Part shown: positions 1 to 11,272 of the stretch, piece by piece | Layout: every line of letters begins with the position of its first letter | How positions within the stretch are numbered: the first letter of the stretch is position 1 | From: Oscillospiraceae bacterium | GTDB lineage: Bacteria > Bacillota > Clostridia > Oscillospirales > UBA644 | DNA: 64,000 nucleotides | Reading direction: 5' to 3' | Assembly: GCA_015067305.1 (NCBI GenBank) | Contig: SVMT01000002.1 | Location: 36,759 to 100,758 of the forward strand | Position numbers and translations under genes: made by a program | The notes under the pieces: model-generated | Seen by the model: the letters and a program-made list of their open reading frames with translations, nothing else | Database searches by the model: none | What the model was told of the DNA's origin: nothing

Positions 1-1034
1 AGATTGCCTTCATTTTCTTTCACAACATAATCATACTTAGATTTTTTAACCCAGATAACTGTTTCACAAAGATTCCTTATACCTTGCTGAACATACTGGC
101 CAAGAGAGTGGAGGTCTGTTGAGAATATCATCGCAGAAGGGAAGAGTCCCTTATTATCTTTGCCTTCACTTTCACCGTAAAGCTGTTTTATCCATTCACC
201 AAAACACCAGAATGCAGGCTCATAAGAAACTGTTACTTCTGTTGTAATGCCTTTTCTATAAAGAATATTTCGAAGAGCTGCATATTTATATGCATCATTT
301 TCATCCATATTGGGATTAGAATAGAGCTTCTGAGCGTCTGCAGCGCCCTGCATGAGAGAATCAATGTCGATACCTGCAACAGCAATGGGGAGCAGCCCTA
401 CAGCTGTAAGAACACTGAAACGACCACCAACATCATCAGGAATAACAAAACTTTCATAACCTTCTTCGGTAGCAAGTTTTTTGAGAGTGCCGCGAGCTTT
501 ATCTGTTGTAGCGTAAATTCTCTTTTTAGCACCTTCTTTACCGTATCTGGTTTCAAGATATTCTTTCATAACACGGAAAGCGATCGCAGGTTCAGTTGTT
601 GTACCGGATTTAGAAATAATGTTTACGGAAACATCTTTACCTTCACAAAGAGACATTATTTCTGTAAGATATGTAGAACTAATGTTATTACCAAGGAAAT
701 AAATTTCCGGTGTATCTTTTTTAAGACTGTTATAATAGGGAGATTTTATAAGCTCAATAACAGCTCTCGCACCAAGATAGGAACCTCCTATGCCTATAAC
801 AATAAGTACCTGGCTGTCAGATTTAATTCTTTCAGCAGCTGCTTTGATACGTACAAACTCCTCTTTGTCATAATTTACTGGAAGATCAACCCAACCAAGA
901 AAATCATTACCGAGACCTGTTTTGTTTTCAACCATTTCATGAGCTGTTTTAATAAAAGGTTTAATAGCTTCAAATTCATGGTCTCCAATAAAGTCCTTAA
1001 GATATTTTGTGTTGAGTTTAATTGCCTGATTCAT
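1..1034 (-). CDS. pgi: Glucose-6-phosphate isomerase (5' part; runs off window start)
   Basis: Not in ORF track. Read manually from ATG at 1034 behind AAGGAG: [11 protein letters not shown]...[13 protein letters not shown]...[13 protein letters not shown]...[15 protein letters not shown]...[18 protein letters not shown]. Confidence 0.96.
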   Translation of the reverse strand, partial: MNQAIKLNTKYLKDFIGDHEFEAIKPFIKTAHEMVENKTGLGNDFLGWVDLPVNYDKEEFVRIKAAAERIKSDSQVLIVIGIGGSYLGARAVIELIKSPYYNSLKKDTPEIYFLGNNISSTYLTEIMSLCEGKDVSVNIISKSGTTTEPAIAFRVMKEYLETRYGKEGAKKRIYATTDKARGTLKKLATEEGYESFVIPDDVGGRFSVLTAVGLLPIAVAGIDIDSLMQGAADAQKLYSNPNMDENDAYKYAALRNILYRKGITTEVTVSYEPAFWCFGEWIKQLYGESEGKDNKGLFPSAMIFSTDLHSLGQYVQQGIRNLCETVIWVKKSKYDYVVKENEGN

Positions 1035-1072
1035 AATATAGACTCCTTTTTACTTATATAGTAAATAATATA

Positions 1073-1291
1073 TTATATACTGAATTCCAGATCCTCATGA
1101 TTCGGTAGGTCAGGCGTTCTGTGAGGTACTCGTTTCAGCGGATCATATTTAAATTTCTTACAACCTGTAACAGCAGTAATTATTCCATATTTATCGCAAA
1201 GACACTCTGTACCATTTGACAAAATATAACCGCGCATACAGTAAGCACAATTTTTTTCAATGTTGTTTTTAAACAAACGTCTCACTCCCAA
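1073..1291 (-). CDS. Small Cys-rich hypothetical protein (probable metal-binding)
   Basis: CAYC...CLC...C-KKFKYDPLKRVP; co-oriented 38 bp upstream of pgi; start codon uncertain. Confidence 0.65.
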   Translation of the reverse strand: MGVRRLFKNNIEKNCAYCMRGYILSNGTECLCDKYGIITAVTGCKKFKYDPLKRVPHRTPDLPNHEDLEFSI

Positions 1292-1396
1292 TCAAAAAGA
1301 TCATATAACATATGATATTATACCACCTAATTTCGAATTTGTAAAGATGTAAAATAAAAAAAACAGAAATTGTCAACAGAATTTTGGAAAAAGTCA

Positions 1397-1425
1397 TTTA
1401 CAAAATCAATCTTTTATTATATAAT
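1397..1425 (+). promoter_or_regulatory. Sigma-A promoter of the miaB operon
   Basis: TTTACA(1397-1402)-17 nt-TATAAT(1420-1425). Confidence 0.65.
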
Positions 1426-1460
1426 ATATACTGAGGAATAATCTAAAAGGTGAAACGCTA

Positions 1461-2879
1461 TTGAATAACACATTTACATATGGTTCTTATGAACTCATTG
1501 AAAAAGAATCTATAAAAAAAGTACAGGCTTTGACATACTCACGGTTTACCGAAACCGGGAAAAAAATGAAATACTATACTCAGACTTTCGGTTGTCAGCA
1601 AAATATAAGCGATACTGAGAAGATAAACGGAATGCTTTCTGAAATGGGATTTGAACCTACAGACGATAAATGGGACGCAGATGTAATTATATATAATACC
1701 TGCGCCGTCAGAGAACATGCAGAGCAACGAGTATTCGGCAAGATAGGAGAGCTTGTACAATTTAAAAGAAAAAAACCTGATCTTATAATAGGCATATGCG
1801 GATGCATGATGCAGCAGGAGTATATAGTAGATGATATCAGAAAAAAGTATAAGCACATAAATATGGTCTTTGGAACATCTGCAATATACAGATTACCGAC
1901 AAATCTTTATACAGTTCTTTCAAGCGGTGAAAGAGTTTTTGATACGGATCTTTCAGCCAATGTCACAGAAGATGTCCCGATCCGACGCACAAGCAAATTC
2001 TCTGCCTGGGTATCAATAATGTATGGGTGTAACAACTTCTGTTCATACTGTATAGTTCCTTATACAAGAGGAAGAGAAAGAAGCCGCCCCCCACAGGTTA
2101 TTCTTAATGAAGTCCAACAGCTTATAAAAGAAGGATATAAAGAGATCACCCTTCTCGGACAAAATGTAAACTCTTACGGTAACGGTACTGATTGGGGATA
2201 CAATTTTTCAAGACTCTTAAAAGAAATCTGCGAAATACCGGGAACTTTCAGAATAAGATTTATGACATCTCATCCCAAAGATGCAACTCGTGAACTTATT
2301 GATACTATAGCTTCTAGCGATAAGATATGTAAACATTTGCATCTTCCATTCCAATCAGGTAACAACAGAATACTTGAAAAAATGAACCGTCGTTATACAA
2401 AGGAATCCTATTTGGATCTTATCAGATATGCAAAAGAAAAAATACCTGATATTGTTTTGACAAGTGATGTAATCGTAGGTTTTCCGACAGAAACAGATGA
2501 AGAATTTGAAGATACGATAAATCTTATAAAAGAAGTTGGATTTGGAGGTCTTTTCACTTTCATTTATTCTATAAGAAAGGGAACACCTGCAGAAAAAATG
2601 GAACAGGTTCCTGACGAAGATAAAAAAAGACGGTTTGAAAGACTAATTCAACTGCAAACTGAAAAATCTTTTGAATTCAATTCAAAGTATATGGACAAGA
2701 CCGTCAATGTATTATGTGACGGAGCCGCTGAAAACAAAGAAGGAATTTTCACCGGAAGAACGGAAGGCGGTATAATAGTAAATTTCAGCGGAGAGAATAT
2801 TTCCGCAGGAGAATTTTACGACATAAAAATAACGAAAACGCTCAATTGGGCATTATTCGGAAATACAGTTAATAATTAA
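1461..2879 (+). CDS. miaB: tRNA-2-methylthio-N6-dimethylallyladenosine synthase
   Basis: TFGCQQN, NTCAVRE, GCNNFCSYC radical-SAM motif, C-terminal TRAM domain. Confidence 0.96.
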   Translation: MNNTFTYGSYELIEKESIKKVQALTYSRFTETGKKMKYYTQTFGCQQNISDTEKINGMLSEMGFEPTDDKWDADVIIYNTCAVREHAEQRVFGKIGELVQFKRKKPDLIIGICGCMMQQEYIVDDIRKKYKHINMVFGTSAIYRLPTNLYTVLSSGERVFDTDLSANVTEDVPIRRTSKFSAWVSIMYGCNNFCSYCIVPYTRGRERSRPPQVILNEVQQLIKEGYKEITLLGQNVNSYGNGTDWGYNFSRLLKEICEIPGTFRIRFMTSHPKDATRELIDTIASSDKICKHLHLPFQSGNNRILEKMNRRYTKESYLDLIRYAKEKIPDIVLTSDVIVGFPTETDEEFEDTINLIKEVGFGGLFTFIYSIRKGTPAEKMEQVPDEDKKRRFERLIQLQTEKSFEFNSKYMDKTVNVLCDGAAENKEGIFTGRTEGGIIVNFSGENISAGEFYDIKITKTLNWALFGNTVNN

Positions 2880-2895
2880 AAGGAGATATACGAAC

Positions 2896-3297
2896 ATGAA
2901 TCAGATCGTAGAAAAAGCAAAAGAACTCGGAGAACTTCTCAAACAGAGTGATGAGTTCAAAAATTACAACGAAGTTAAGGCAAAGTATGAAGCAGATACT
3001 GAACTTCAGACTCTTATCAGCGACTTCAATCTTAAAAAGATGGCAGTTATGAATCAGATGCAGAATGAAGAGAATCCTGACGAAGAAAAACTCAAGAAAC
3101 TTCAGGAAGAAATGCGTACTGCATATTCTGCAGTTATGACAAATGAAACAATGTCAGAGTTTGTTAAGGCAAAAGAAACATTCGAAAACCTTGTAAACGA
3201 AATGTACGGAATCATCAATTTTGCAGTAACAGGCGTAGCTCCCGGAGGTTGTGACGGTTCCAGCTGTGCTTCCTGCGGCGGCGGTTGCCACGGCTGA
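2896..3297 (+). CDS. YlbF/YmcA (Ric) family regulator with Cys-rich tail
   Basis: Helical AKELGELLKQSDEF start; sits between miaB and mutS like B. subtilis ymcA; ends CDGSSCASCGGGCHG. Confidence 0.85.
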   Translation: MNQIVEKAKELGELLKQSDEFKNYNEVKAKYEADTELQTLISDFNLKKMAVMNQMQNEENPDEEKLKKLQEEMRTAYSAVMTNETMSEFVKAKETFENLVNEMYGIINFAVTGVAPGGCDGSSCASCGGGCHG

Positions 3298-3327
3298 TCG
3301 AATATTATAAAATAAAAAATACAATCT

Positions 3328-3360
3328 GACGGCTTAAGGGTCAAAAAGACCCTTACCGTC
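3328..3360 (+). terminator. Strong hairpin between the ylbF-family gene and mutS (weak U-tract)
   Basis: GACGG-CT-TAAGGGTC AAAAA GACCCTTA-CCGTC. Confidence 0.55.
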
Positions 3361-3385
3361 TTGTCGTGAAGACACGGGGGAAAAT

Positions 3386-5980
3386 ATGGCCAAAACAGGA
3401 TTATCGCCAATGATGCAACAATATGTAAACATGAAAGAGGAGTATAAAGACGCTATCCTCTTCTACAGACTTGGCGATTTCTATGAAATGTTCTTTGATG
3501 ATGCAATACTTGCAAGTAAAGAATTAGACATCACTTTAACAGGAAGAGACTGCGGTCTTGAAGAAAGAGCACCTATGTGTGGTGTTCCGTTCCATAGTGT
3601 TGACGGATATATTGCACGTCTTGTTTCAAAGGGACACAAGGTTGCAATCTGTGAACAGTTCAAAAATGAAAATTCAAAAGAAGTTTCAGAGCGAAAAGTC
3701 GTCAGAATAATTACTCCGGGAACAGTAACAGAACCCGGAATGCTTGACGAAGCAAAAAACAGCTATATTCTTGCGATCAACCAGATCGAAAAGGAAATAA
3801 CTCTTTGCTTCGCAGATATTTCAACGGGTGAGATCTATATTTCTGACGAATATGAAATCTCGGATCCACATTTTGTCAATGAGATAACAAGATTTTCCCC
3901 AAAGGAAATATATATAAAGCAAGAACTTAAAAACAATCTGCTGATAAAAAATTATGTCTCCATGACAAATGAATGTACATTGTCTGTTTGTTTTAATGAA
4001 AAAACAGACAACGACTATATTGAAATCGTATATAATCATTTAAAGGAAGACAAGCTCCATGGAACAAATAAAAAACAAATTATTTGCTTCGGATTTTTGC
4101 TTGATTATTTACACAGAACCCAACTTTGCGATTTAAAACACCTTACTGATATTTCACTTTTGGGGAATCGACAATATATGGAGTTGGATAGCTTCACTTG
4201 GAGAAATCTTGAACTGACTGAAACAATGCGTTCTAAAGAGAAAAAAGGGTCACTTCTTGGTCTTCTTGACAAAACAGAAACCCCAATGGGAGCAAGACTT
4301 CTCAGAAGATTTCTTGAAAAGCCACTTACAAACGTCGAAGATATAAATAAACGTCTTGAATCAGTAAGAACTTTTACTCAAAATATTTTTGAGACAGGCG
4401 AGATTTCTGCAAATCTGAAATACGTAAAAGACACTGAAAGACTCATTTCAAAAGTCGTTTACGATACAATTACACCAAGAGATATCAGGAGTCTCATAGC
4501 CTCACTGAAAGTTTTACCGCAGATAAAACATAATCTTCAAGATATCAAAGACAACTCTTCACTTTTGTCTTTTATTTATGATGAGATCGGAGATCACCAA
4601 GAGCTTGCTGATCATCTTGACAGGGCCATAAAAGACACACCACCGGCTATTACAAGAGAAGGAGATTTCATCAAGGACGGATATAACGACCGCATAGACG
4701 AATTGAGAGCCCTCAGAGATAATTCTGCAGCTGTCTTGGCTCAAATGGAAGCTGATGAAAAAGAAAAAACAGGTATAAAGAATCTCAGATTTAGCTATAA
4801 CAAAGTGTTTGGATACTATATTGAGGTTACAAACTCGTATTTAAATCTTGTACCCGATAACTACATCAGAAAACAGACTCTCGTGAATGCTGAAAGGTTT
4901 ATTACTTCAGAATTGAAAGAGCTTGAATCGAAGTTACTCTCGGCAGGAGATGAAATAGTATCATTAGAACTTTCTCTTTATGAAAAGATCAAAGAACTTC
5001 TGAGAGAAAATACAGAAACTATTAAACGAACATCTACAGCTATTGCATATCTTGATGTCCTTGTTTCTTTTGCCGAAATTGCACAGAAACAAAACTATTG
5101 TGAGCCTACTGTAAATTACGGGAATATTCTTGACATCAAAAACGGACGCCATCCCGTAATCGAATCAATTCTGAAAAATGAAGTATTTGTACCCAATGAT
5201 GTGTATCTTGATACTTACGAAAATCGAAGCGCACTTATTACAGGTCCAAACATGGCAGGTAAATCCACATATATGAGACAAACGGCTCTCATTACAATAA
5301 TGGCACAGATCGGATCTTTTGTACCTGCATCTTCTGCAGTTATTGGTATTGTAGATAAAATATTTACAAGAGTCGGAGCTTCTGACGACTTAGCTTCAGG
5401 GCAATCAACATTCATGGTAGAAATGAATGAAGTAGCTTATATCCTCGATAATGCAACTTCAAAAAGTCTCCTGATTTTTGATGAAATTGGTAGAGGTACA
5501 AGTACATATGACGGTATGAGTATAGCCAGAGCTGTCCTTGAACATGTAACAGAAAAAATAAAAGCAAGGACTATGTTCTCTACCCATTACCATGAACTCA
5601 CGAGACTTGAAGGAGAACTCATAGGGCTCAAAAATTATAATATTGCCGCAAAGAAAAAAGGACAAGATATTCTATTTTTGAGAAAAATTCTCAGAGGCGG
5701 AACAGACGACAGTTACGGAATTGATGTAGCTCGTCTTGCTGGTGTTTCAAACGATGTAATAAAAAGAGCTGAAAAAATATTGCAAACTCTGGAATCTGAC
5801 AGTCCGCAAATTACAAAAAATAAAACAGTTGATGATTTTCAATTAGCTTTGCAACCATTGGAAAATGATGAAATAATTGAAGAATTAAAGAAAACTGATG
5901 TAACAGTACTCACCCCACTGGAAGCTATGAATGTTCTTTACAGACTATCTGAAAAGGCGAAAAATGCTGAAATAAAATAG
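3386..5980 (+). CDS. mutS: DNA mismatch repair protein MutS
   Basis: PMMQQY, YRLGDFYEMFF, TGPNMAGKSTY, DEIGRGTST. Confidence 0.98.
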   Translation: MAKTGLSPMMQQYVNMKEEYKDAILFYRLGDFYEMFFDDAILASKELDITLTGRDCGLEERAPMCGVPFHSVDGYIARLVSKGHKVAICEQFKNENSKEVSERKVVRIITPGTVTEPGMLDEAKNSYILAINQIEKEITLCFADISTGEIYISDEYEISDPHFVNEITRFSPKEIYIKQELKNNLLIKNYVSMTNECTLSVCFNEKTDNDYIEIVYNHLKEDKLHGTNKKQIICFGFLLDYLHRTQLCDLKHLTDISLLGNRQYMELDSFTWRNLELTETMRSKEKKGSLLGLLDKTETPMGARLLRRFLEKPLTNVEDINKRLESVRTFTQNIFETGEISANLKYVKDTERLISKVVYDTITPRDIRSLIASLKVLPQIKHNLQDIKDNSSLLSFIYDEIGDHQELADHLDRAIKDTPPAITREGDFIKDGYNDRIDELRALRDNSAAVLAQMEADEKEKTGIKNLRFSYNKVFGYYIEVTNSYLNLVPDNYIRKQTLVNAERFITSELKELESKLLSAGDEIVSLELSLYEKIKELLRENTETIKRTSTAIAYLDVLVSFAEIAQKQNYCEPTVNYGNILDIKNGRHPVIESILKNEVFVPNDVYLDTYENRSALITGPNMAGKSTYMRQTALITIMAQIGSFVPASSAVIGIVDKIFTRVGASDDLASGQSTFMVEMNEVAYILDNATSKSLLIFDEIGRGTSTYDGMSIARAVLEHVTEKIKARTMFSTHYHELTRLEGELIGLKNYNIAAKKKGQDILFLRKILRGGTDDSYGIDVARLAGVSNDVIKRAEKILQTLESDSPQITKNKTVDDFQLALQPLENDEIIEELKKTDVTVLTPLEAMNVLYRLSEKAKNAEIK

Positions 5981-6008
5981 AAATCAACATATGAAAGGAA
6001 TTTGAAAA

Positions 6009-8114
6009 ATGCCCGATATACATCTTCTGACTAATGAAATAAGCGACCTTATTGCCGCAGGTGAAGTTATTGAACGCCCATCTTCGGTAGTTAAAGAGCT
6101 TGTAGAAAACTCAATAGATGCCGGAGCAACTCAAATTACCGTTGAGATACTAAGCGGTGGCTTAAAGAAGATCAAAGTTTCCGACAATGGCTGTGGCATG
6201 AATAAAGATAATGCAGAAAAATGTTTTCTTAAACACGCTACAAGTAAAATTAAAAACGTAGAAGATCTGTTTTCCATAAAAACACTTGGTTTCAGAGGCG
6301 AAGCTATACCTTCAATAGCCGCTGTATCACAAATCAGGCTTATTACAAAAGAAAAAAATTCTCTATTAGGCTATGAAATAGTAAACGAAGCAGGAGAAAT
6401 TAAAAGTAAAAAAGAAATAGGTTCAGCAGACGGTACAACATTTGAGGTTTCAAATCTCTTTTTCAATACTCCAGCAAGACTGAAATTCATGAAGAGTGAG
6501 CAGTCTGAAACAGGTGTAATAAACTCTCTAATTGAAAAACTTTCATTATCTCATCCCGATATTTCATTTAAGTTTATATCAAACGGAAATATTAAACTGT
6601 TTACCCCCGGAAACGGAAAAATATCAGATGCAATATATGCTGTATACGGAAGAGATTTTGCATCGAGGCTTTTGCAGGTAAATTATGAAGAAGGAAATAT
6701 AAAAGTTACAGGGTTTACTGGAAAACCACTTTTGAATAAACCAAACAGAAATTTCCAGCTTTTCTTTGTAAACGGAAGACTTATAAGATCAAGAGTTTTA
6801 CAACAATCACTTGAGCAATCTTACAAAAATGCTATGCTGGTAGGACGGTATCCTTGCTGCATAATATTCCTTACAGTACCTTTTGCAGAAGTCGATATAA
6901 ATGTTCACCCCAACAAAACCGAGATCAAATTTGCTGATGATTCTTATATATCAAACCATATATCCAGAGCAATAGCAATGTCGCTGAGAAATGATGTCAA
7001 TATTTTTCAGGTAGAAGAAAACAGACCTAAAAAACATGAAGAACCAACCGTTCAGAAAGTTTCAGTCTCTGAGCAGTTTTCAGAGCATAAACCTGAAATT
7101 AAATTAGAAGAAATAAAAGCAGAAAAATCAAAGCAGACAATAGTCGAAAAAAAGGTTCAAAATGAAATAGTCACACCCACAAATGCTGCTGAAATTCATC
7201 ATATTAATAATAACAAAATTGTTGAAGTATCAGAAACATTCGGAAAATGGCAGATTTCAACTGAAAAAGAAATCGCAGAACCTAAGCAAGTCATTGAACC
7301 TATAAAGGATAACAATATTCCGACTTATCAAGAACTCAGCGTTGCTTCAGAAATTGTACCACTCATTTCTGATAAAACAGAATCCAATAATGAAGTTTTG
7401 AACGAAGAAAAAAACTTGACTATGGAGAAAAATGACATACAAAATCTTCCGCAACAAGAAATGCTATTTACGGAACAGATTTTAGCATCTCCTGACACTG
7501 ACCCAGTTCCTAAAGAAGATCTTCAAACAGAACTGATACCTGTCAAAGATGAAATATTCAGAATAATCGGCGAAGCATTCAAAACATACATTATTGTTGA
7601 AAAAGATGAAGAAATGCTGTTATTTGATAAACATGCACTTCATGAAAGAATGATATTTGAGCACATAAAAAAAGATTCAGGTGTTTCTTCTCAAATATTA
7701 TTAACTCCTTATGTTTGCAATTTAGGTACATCTGAAAATGAAATAATTGTATCACACAAAGAAGATATGATTAAATTAGGCTTTGATATCAGCGATTTCG
7801 GAACAGCCTTGATGATAAGAGAGATTCCAAGCATAGTGAACACCGAAGATATAGAATATATACTCTCAAAGGCTGCTGAAAATTTCAGAACCAATAAAAT
7901 CATTACAGAAGAGATATTCGATGAACTTTTATATATAGTGGCGTGCAAAGCTGCAATAAAAAGTGGTTACAATACTTCTGAAGCAGAACTTCAAGCTCTG
8001 ATACAGGAGTATCTCAACAATAAAGAAAATCTGAGATATTGCCCTCATGGAAGACCTATCACAATAAGCTTTACCGAAAAATTTATAGAAAAACAATTTA
8101 AGAGGATCATATAA
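6009..8114 (+). CDS. mutL: DNA mismatch repair endonuclease MutL
   Basis: IAAGEVIERP, GFRGEA, DKHALHER, ACK and CPHGRP endonuclease motifs. Confidence 0.98.
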   Translation: MPDIHLLTNEISDLIAAGEVIERPSSVVKELVENSIDAGATQITVEILSGGLKKIKVSDNGCGMNKDNAEKCFLKHATSKIKNVEDLFSIKTLGFRGEAIPSIAAVSQIRLITKEKNSLLGYEIVNEAGEIKSKKEIGSADGTTFEVSNLFFNTPARLKFMKSEQSETGVINSLIEKLSLSHPDISFKFISNGNIKLFTPGNGKISDAIYAVYGRDFASRLLQVNYEEGNIKVTGFTGKPLLNKPNRNFQLFFVNGRLIRSRVLQQSLEQSYKNAMLVGRYPCCIIFLTVPFAEVDINVHPNKTEIKFADDSYISNHISRAIAMSLRNDVNIFQVEENRPKKHEEPTVQKVSVSEQFSEHKPEIKLEEIKAEKSKQTIVEKKVQNEIVTPTNAAEIHHINNNKIVEVSETFGKWQISTEKEIAEPKQVIEPIKDNNIPTYQELSVASEIVPLISDKTESNNEVLNEEKNLTMEKNDIQNLPQQEMLFTEQILASPDTDPVPKEDLQTELIPVKDEIFRIIGEAFKTYIIVEKDEEMLLFDKHALHERMIFEHIKKDSGVSSQILLTPYVCNLGTSENEIIVSHKEDMIKLGFDISDFGTALMIREIPSIVNTEDIEYILSKAAENFRTNKIITEEIFDELLYIVACKAAIKSGYNTSEAELQALIQEYLNNKENLRYCPHGRPITISFTEKFIEKQFKRII

Positions 8115-9064
8115 TGCGAAATAATACAGTAGTGGTAATATTCGGTCCAACAGCTTCAGGAAAAAGTAAACTTGCTATTGATGTCTGTAAACAGTTGAAC
8201 GGTGAGGTTGTTTCCGCCGATTCAATGCAGATTTACAGAAAGATGGATATCGGAACTGCAAAGGCTTTACCTGAAGAACAGCAGGGAATACCACATCATC
8301 TTATTGACATCATTGAACCAAACGAAAACTACAGTCTGGAAAATTTTCTCAAAGACTGTGAAAGCACAGTAGATGATGTACTGAGCAGAGGAAAACTTCC
8401 TGTAATTGCCGGAGGGACAGGCTTATATATCTCATCATTTATCAATGGCGTAGAACTCGCTGAAGCCAAAATAGATGATGATTATCGAAAAACGATGGAA
8501 ACTATTGCAGATACTGAAGGAAATCTTTCCATAAAACAGCTTCTGTACGGAATAGATAAACAAGCGTATCTTAAATTAAAAACAAATGATAGAAAAAGAA
8601 TAATCAGAGCTCTTGAAGTTTACAGAGCAACAGGAAAAACTATCAGTCAAAACAATGAAGACTCTCAAGGCAATTCCAAATACAATTTTATAATTTTCGG
8701 TCTGAACTGTGAAAACAGAAACGTTCTTTATGAAAGGATCAATTTAAGAGTCGATGAAATGATGAAAAATGGTCTTGAACAAGAAGCACGAATGCTTTAT
8801 AACTCAGATTTATCAGATACAGCTCGTCAAGCAATCGGATATAAAGAACTGTTTGGATACTTCAATGGAGATAAATCTCTAGAACAGGCAGTAGAAGAGA
8901 TTAAACAATATAGCAGAAATTATGCAAAAAGGCAAATTACATGGTTCAAAAAGGAACTAAATGTAACATGGATACCTATTGACGAAAAAAATTATGAAGA
9001 AATTCTGAAAAATACTGTCAACGGTATAGTAAAAAATGCAAATGTATGCTATAATAAAGAATAA
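8114..9064 (+). CDS. miaA: tRNA dimethylallyltransferase
   Basis: [37 protein letters not shown]. Confidence 0.97.
   Translation: MRNNTVVVIFGPTASGKSKLAIDVCKQLNGEVVSADSMQIYRKMDIGTAKALPEEQQGIPHHLIDIIEPNENYSLENFLKDCESTVDDVLSRGKLPVIAGGTGLYISSFINGVELAEAKIDDDYRKTMETIADTEGNLSIKQLLYGIDKQAYLKLKTNDRKRIIRALEVYRATGKTISQNNEDSQGNSKYNFIIFGLNCENRNVLYERINLRVDEMMKNGLEQEARMLYNSDLSDTARQAIGYKELFGYFNGDKSLEQAVEEIKQYSRNYAKRQITWFKKELNVTWIPIDEKNYEEILKNTVNGIVKNANVCYNKE
9047..9055 (+). promoter_or_regulatory. Extended -10 promoter for hfq inside the miaA 3' end
   Basis: TGCTATAAT about 30 nt upstream of the hfq ATG; no clear -35. Confidence 0.5.
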
Positions 9065-9083
9065 AAACCTAGGAGATAAAAAA

Positions 9084-9365
9084 ATGAACATAAATGAAAT
9101 AAAAGATACGGAAGAAAACTCCGTTTCAACGAATTCAAAATCGAAAAGCATCAATCTTCAGGAGCTTTTCCTCAATAGCTCCAGGAAAGAAAAAATGCCT
9201 ATTACAATATTTCTCACGAATGGCGTACAACTTAAAGGAACAGTAAAAGGTTTCGATAATTATGTTGTTATCCTCGAAAGTGAAGGCAAATCAAGCATGA
9301 TATATAAACATGCAATCTCAACAATCATCCCATCAAAAAATATTCCTATTTTCTCAAATGATTAA
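9084..9365 (+). CDS. hfq: RNA chaperone Hfq
   Basis: INLQELFLN...[10 protein letters not shown]...FDNY...IYKHAISTI; start moved to ATG 9084 behind AGGAG. Confidence 0.96.
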   Translation: MNINEIKDTEENSVSTNSKSKSINLQELFLNSSRKEKMPITIFLTNGVQLKGTVKGFDNYVVILESEGKSSMIYKHAISTIIPSKNIPIFSND

Positions 9366-10596
9366 GTACGATAAAATATTTATTGGTATATTCTATGCCT
9401 TTGCATTGTTAGCAATACTTTATTTTTCGGTTTCAATAGTAAACGGGTCTTTCTTCACGGATGAACTTACTTCAGAAACATTGGATGAAATATCATACGA
9501 CAAATCTATCGCAATTGACGGAATAGCGCTGCGAAATGAGACTATGTTATATTCCAATGAACCATATTATTCCATTCGTTATTTAGCTAAAAATGGTTCC
9601 AGAGTAGCAAAATCGTCTTCATACGCTGCATACCTTACAAGTCAGCCCGATGAAGAAAACAGAGAGAAGCTTCTTTACTTATATCGAAAAATAAACCAAC
9701 TTGAAGATACTATCAGAAGAATAACCCAATATGATATAATAACTATTGACGAAAAGATCAAGGATGAAATTCAAGGGTACTTAGAGTTATCTCACAACAG
9801 CACTTTTGATGACAGATTAGAAAAAATAGACAATATCCAGATATCCATGAACCAAAAAATGATATCAACAGAAGGCAGTACATATTTTGAGTATACACTA
9901 AATGAACTCAGGACTGAACAGCAATCTGTTATATCTCAGAGTTCAGCGAATGAAAAACATTTATATACCAACTCTGCTGGTTATTTTACTTCGTTGTATG
10001 ACGGATATGAATATCTAAATTATAAAGATTACGTAGATATAACTGTAGCAGATTATAGTCAGTTGATTACGCAAAAAGCCATGGATCTTCCTGAACTTTA
10101 TGTCGGAAAAATTCAAAATGAACCGATATGGAAGTATTATTCTCTTATTTCTACCGACGATGCAACCACATTGTATGTTGGTAAGACAGTATATCTTGAA
10201 TTTGATTCCAAGCAAAATGAGAAATTTAAAGTCCGTACTCAAGTTGAGTATATATCCAAGCCTGTTGACGGAAATGTAGCAGTTACGTTTTCGTGCAATA
10301 TATTGAATAACAATATTTTTGATGTCAGAAAAGACTCATGCAGAATGATAATGGAAACCTATACGGGATTTAAAGTTTCTTCTGAAGCATTAAGAGTTAA
10401 CAACGGTGAAACAGGTGTTTATGTTCTTTCAGGTCAAAGAGTAATCTTTAAACCTGTTGAGATACTTTATTCAACCGAAGATTTTTCTGTAATTACATCA
10501 AAGAACAAAACAGGAAACAAAATATTGAAGGCAAAAGATGAAGTTGTAATTGGTGGACATGACTTGTTTGACGGAAAAATATTGAATCTATCTTAA
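9358..10596 (+). CDS. Membrane-anchored HlyD/periplasmic-adaptor-like protein typically found upstream of yggS in Clostridia
   Basis: N-terminal TM, NGSRVAK, coiled coil, SAGYF..YDGYE, GVYV..G..V.FKPV; start moved to ATG 9358. Confidence 0.7.
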   Translation: MIKYDKIFIGIFYAFALLAILYFSVSIVNGSFFTDELTSETLDEISYDKSIAIDGIALRNETMLYSNEPYYSIRYLAKNGSRVAKSSSYAAYLTSQPDEENREKLLYLYRKINQLEDTIRRITQYDIITIDEKIKDEIQGYLELSHNSTFDDRLEKIDNIQISMNQKMISTEGSTYFEYTLNELRTEQQSVISQSSANEKHLYTNSAGYFTSLYDGYEYLNYKDYVDITVADYSQLITQKAMDLPELYVGKIQNEPIWKYYSLISTDDATTLYVGKTVYLEFDSKQNEKFKVRTQVEYISKPVDGNVAVTFSCNILNNNIFDVRKDSCRMIMETYTGFKVSSEALRVNNGETGVYVLSGQRVIFKPVEILYSTEDFSVITSKNKTGNKILKAKDEVVIGGHDLFDGKILNLS

Positions 10597-10611
10597 AAAG
10601 AGGTCTTTACA

Positions 10612-11250
10612 GTGTTTACACAAAGGCTAAACAAACTGAAAGAATTAATAAACAATGCAAATCCGTATCAAAGAGAGATCACTATTGTAGGTGTAACAAA
10701 ATACACTGAAATATCTCAGATAAATGAAACGGTCAATGGTGAACTTAACGACCTTGCAGAGAATAAAGTTCAAAGACTCATTGAACTGAAAGCACAAAAT
10801 ACATCTGCAAAACTGCATCTGATAGGTCATTTGCAAACCAATAAAGCAAAACAGGCTGTAGCCTGTGCCGATCTTATACAATCTGTAGATTCGCTGAAAA
10901 TATTAAATGAGATCAGCAAAGAAGCAAAAAAAATCAATAAAATACAAAATATTTTAATTCAAGTAAATATAGCTCATGAAGATGCCAAATTCGGTCTTTA
11001 TGAAAATGAAGCCTCTGAGCTTATTAAGCAAGCATCAGAAACCGAAAATATAAATCTTTGCGGGCTTATGACTATAATGCCTATTGAGTTCAACGAAAGC
11101 TACTATAAAAAAATGGAAGAATTCTACGAAAAGCAAAAGACCATATGTCCGAATCTTAAAATTCTCTCAATGGGAATGACTAACGATTTTGAAACTGCAA
11201 TACGTTACGGTTCAACCATGATTCGAGTAGGATCGTATTTATTCAAATAG
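10612..11250 (+). CDS. yggS: PLP homeostasis protein (YggS family)
   Basis: VGVTK, ENKVQ, HLIGHLQTNK, LSMGMTNDF, IRVGS. Confidence 0.95.
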   Translation: MFTQRLNKLKELINNANPYQREITIVGVTKYTEISQINETVNGELNDLAENKVQRLIELKAQNTSAKLHLIGHLQTNKAKQAVACADLIQSVDSLKILNEISKEAKKINKIQNILIQVNIAHEDAKFGLYENEASELIKQASETENINLCGLMTIMPIEFNESYYKKMEEFYEKQKTICPNLKILSMGMTNDFETAIRYGSTMIRVGSYLFK

Positions 11251-11272
11251 ATAAAATGAAAGGAAGTATATT

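Noticed and set aside
1041-1066. ACTATATAAGTAAAAAGGAG upstream of pgi as a further ECF promoter
   Set aside because: Partial AT-rich match, with no AACC at the required spacing.
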